DNA of 64,000 bases from Hemiscyllium ocellatum (taxonomy: Eukaryota), in assembly GCF_020745735.1 (NCBI RefSeq), contig NC_083408.1:10478484-10542483 (forward strand), in the 5' to 3' direction. The position numbers were made by a program, and so were the translations under genes. The notes beneath the pieces are model-generated. The model ran no database searches. It had not been told where the DNA came from and was given only the letters and a program-made list of their open reading frames with translations. Position 1 is the stretch's first letter, and every line of letters begins with the position of its first letter. Positions 63,080-64,000 of the stretch are shown here, one piece after another.

Positions 63080-64000
63080 AGATGATCGCAAATACGCACA
63101 TAATGTCACATATGCGGGCTGTCACCTAAAGACACATATTTATGTGCACACTCAAATATGCATATAGATAATACATCACACACGCATACTTGCACAGAGC
63201 CACACATGCAAGTGGCAAATGAACACTCACCAAAGCTCATGCAAACACTGACATACACCGAAAGAAAATTATTTGCACAAATGAACATGAGAAACATAGA
63301 CACACAGTAACACCCAGATGGACATGATTATACACATTCATAGAGCACAATGTGTACAGGCATACACGCATGAACACACAGATACAAATTCCGAAAATTG
63401 TCCTCCCACATGTCAACTCACACAGGCAAGTAAGTGCACAGAGATAAATATTAATATCATTATTTTCCCATTTTCAGAATCACAAACATACGATGACAGA
63501 GGCAGCTGAATTAGTTATTTTTAAGCCACATTGATCAGCATATATACAATGTCACACGTACAAAGAAATTCAGAGTCTCACATGCAGACACACAAGTGCA
63601 TAGATCAACAAATAGAGGGGCGTTTATTAAATAAAGATAATGGGCACAAGCATCAGCAAGCATTCACAAACAATAACACCAACAAGTTTCTCAGGAGGTG
63701 GTTTGAGAAAGATTGTCAAAAAAGCAGGCATTATCATATAAATGTAAACCCATCAAAACATAACATTGCATGCTATATTTATTAAGCATAAACATAAAAA
63801 TAACCTCGTGTAGGTAGGTTCTGAAACAGACACATAAGCACACATTTTAGATAGCACTAATGAAAAGTGAACACTCACAATGACATTACAAGATAAGCAT
63901 AGGCAGCAACGAAGTGACATGTTAGCATGATGATGCTTTCACAATGTGAAAAGACCAAAATTTAGGTGCACAAACACATGAGCACACCAGCAGTAAAGGA
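63080..64000. repeat. CA-rich low-complexity region
   Basis: Degenerate ACAC-rich sequence; ORFs are compositionally biased. Confidence 0.6.

Overview
This is eukaryotic, not microbial, DNA: a repeat-dense shark (elasmobranch, probably carpet-shark-like) segment. The only clearly recognisable host gene is the 3' end of an IgNAR heavy-chain constant region on the + strand. It comprises a C4 exon (60757-61064, carrying a 1-nt frameshift) and the C5/secretory-tail exon (61520-61911). I found no V, D, J or C1-C3 exons in the 60 kb upstream. The rest is a mosaic of: decayed CR1-type LINEs; HE1-like and Deu-domain SINEs; Penelope-like (GIY-YIG) retroelements, four of which carry consensus-matching minimal hammerhead ribozymes, including a 93-bp ribozyme-only insertion with a 16-bp target-site duplication; a decayed class I endogenous retrovirus (LTR candidate, tRNA-Pro-like PBS, gag-pro-pol, no env or 3' LTR; about 21440-28670); three large C-rich satellites (about 15.5-21.4, 44.0-48.9 and 56.3-59.5 kb); and two segmental duplications (about 1.5-3.8 kb vs 13.7-14.9 kb, and a tandem 3.7-kb-period pair at 30.6-37.4 kb). 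Most ORFs in the supplied track are artefacts of these repeats. Transposon boundaries are approximate unless exact junction sequences are quoted. Family names come from recalled consensus sequences, not a database search.
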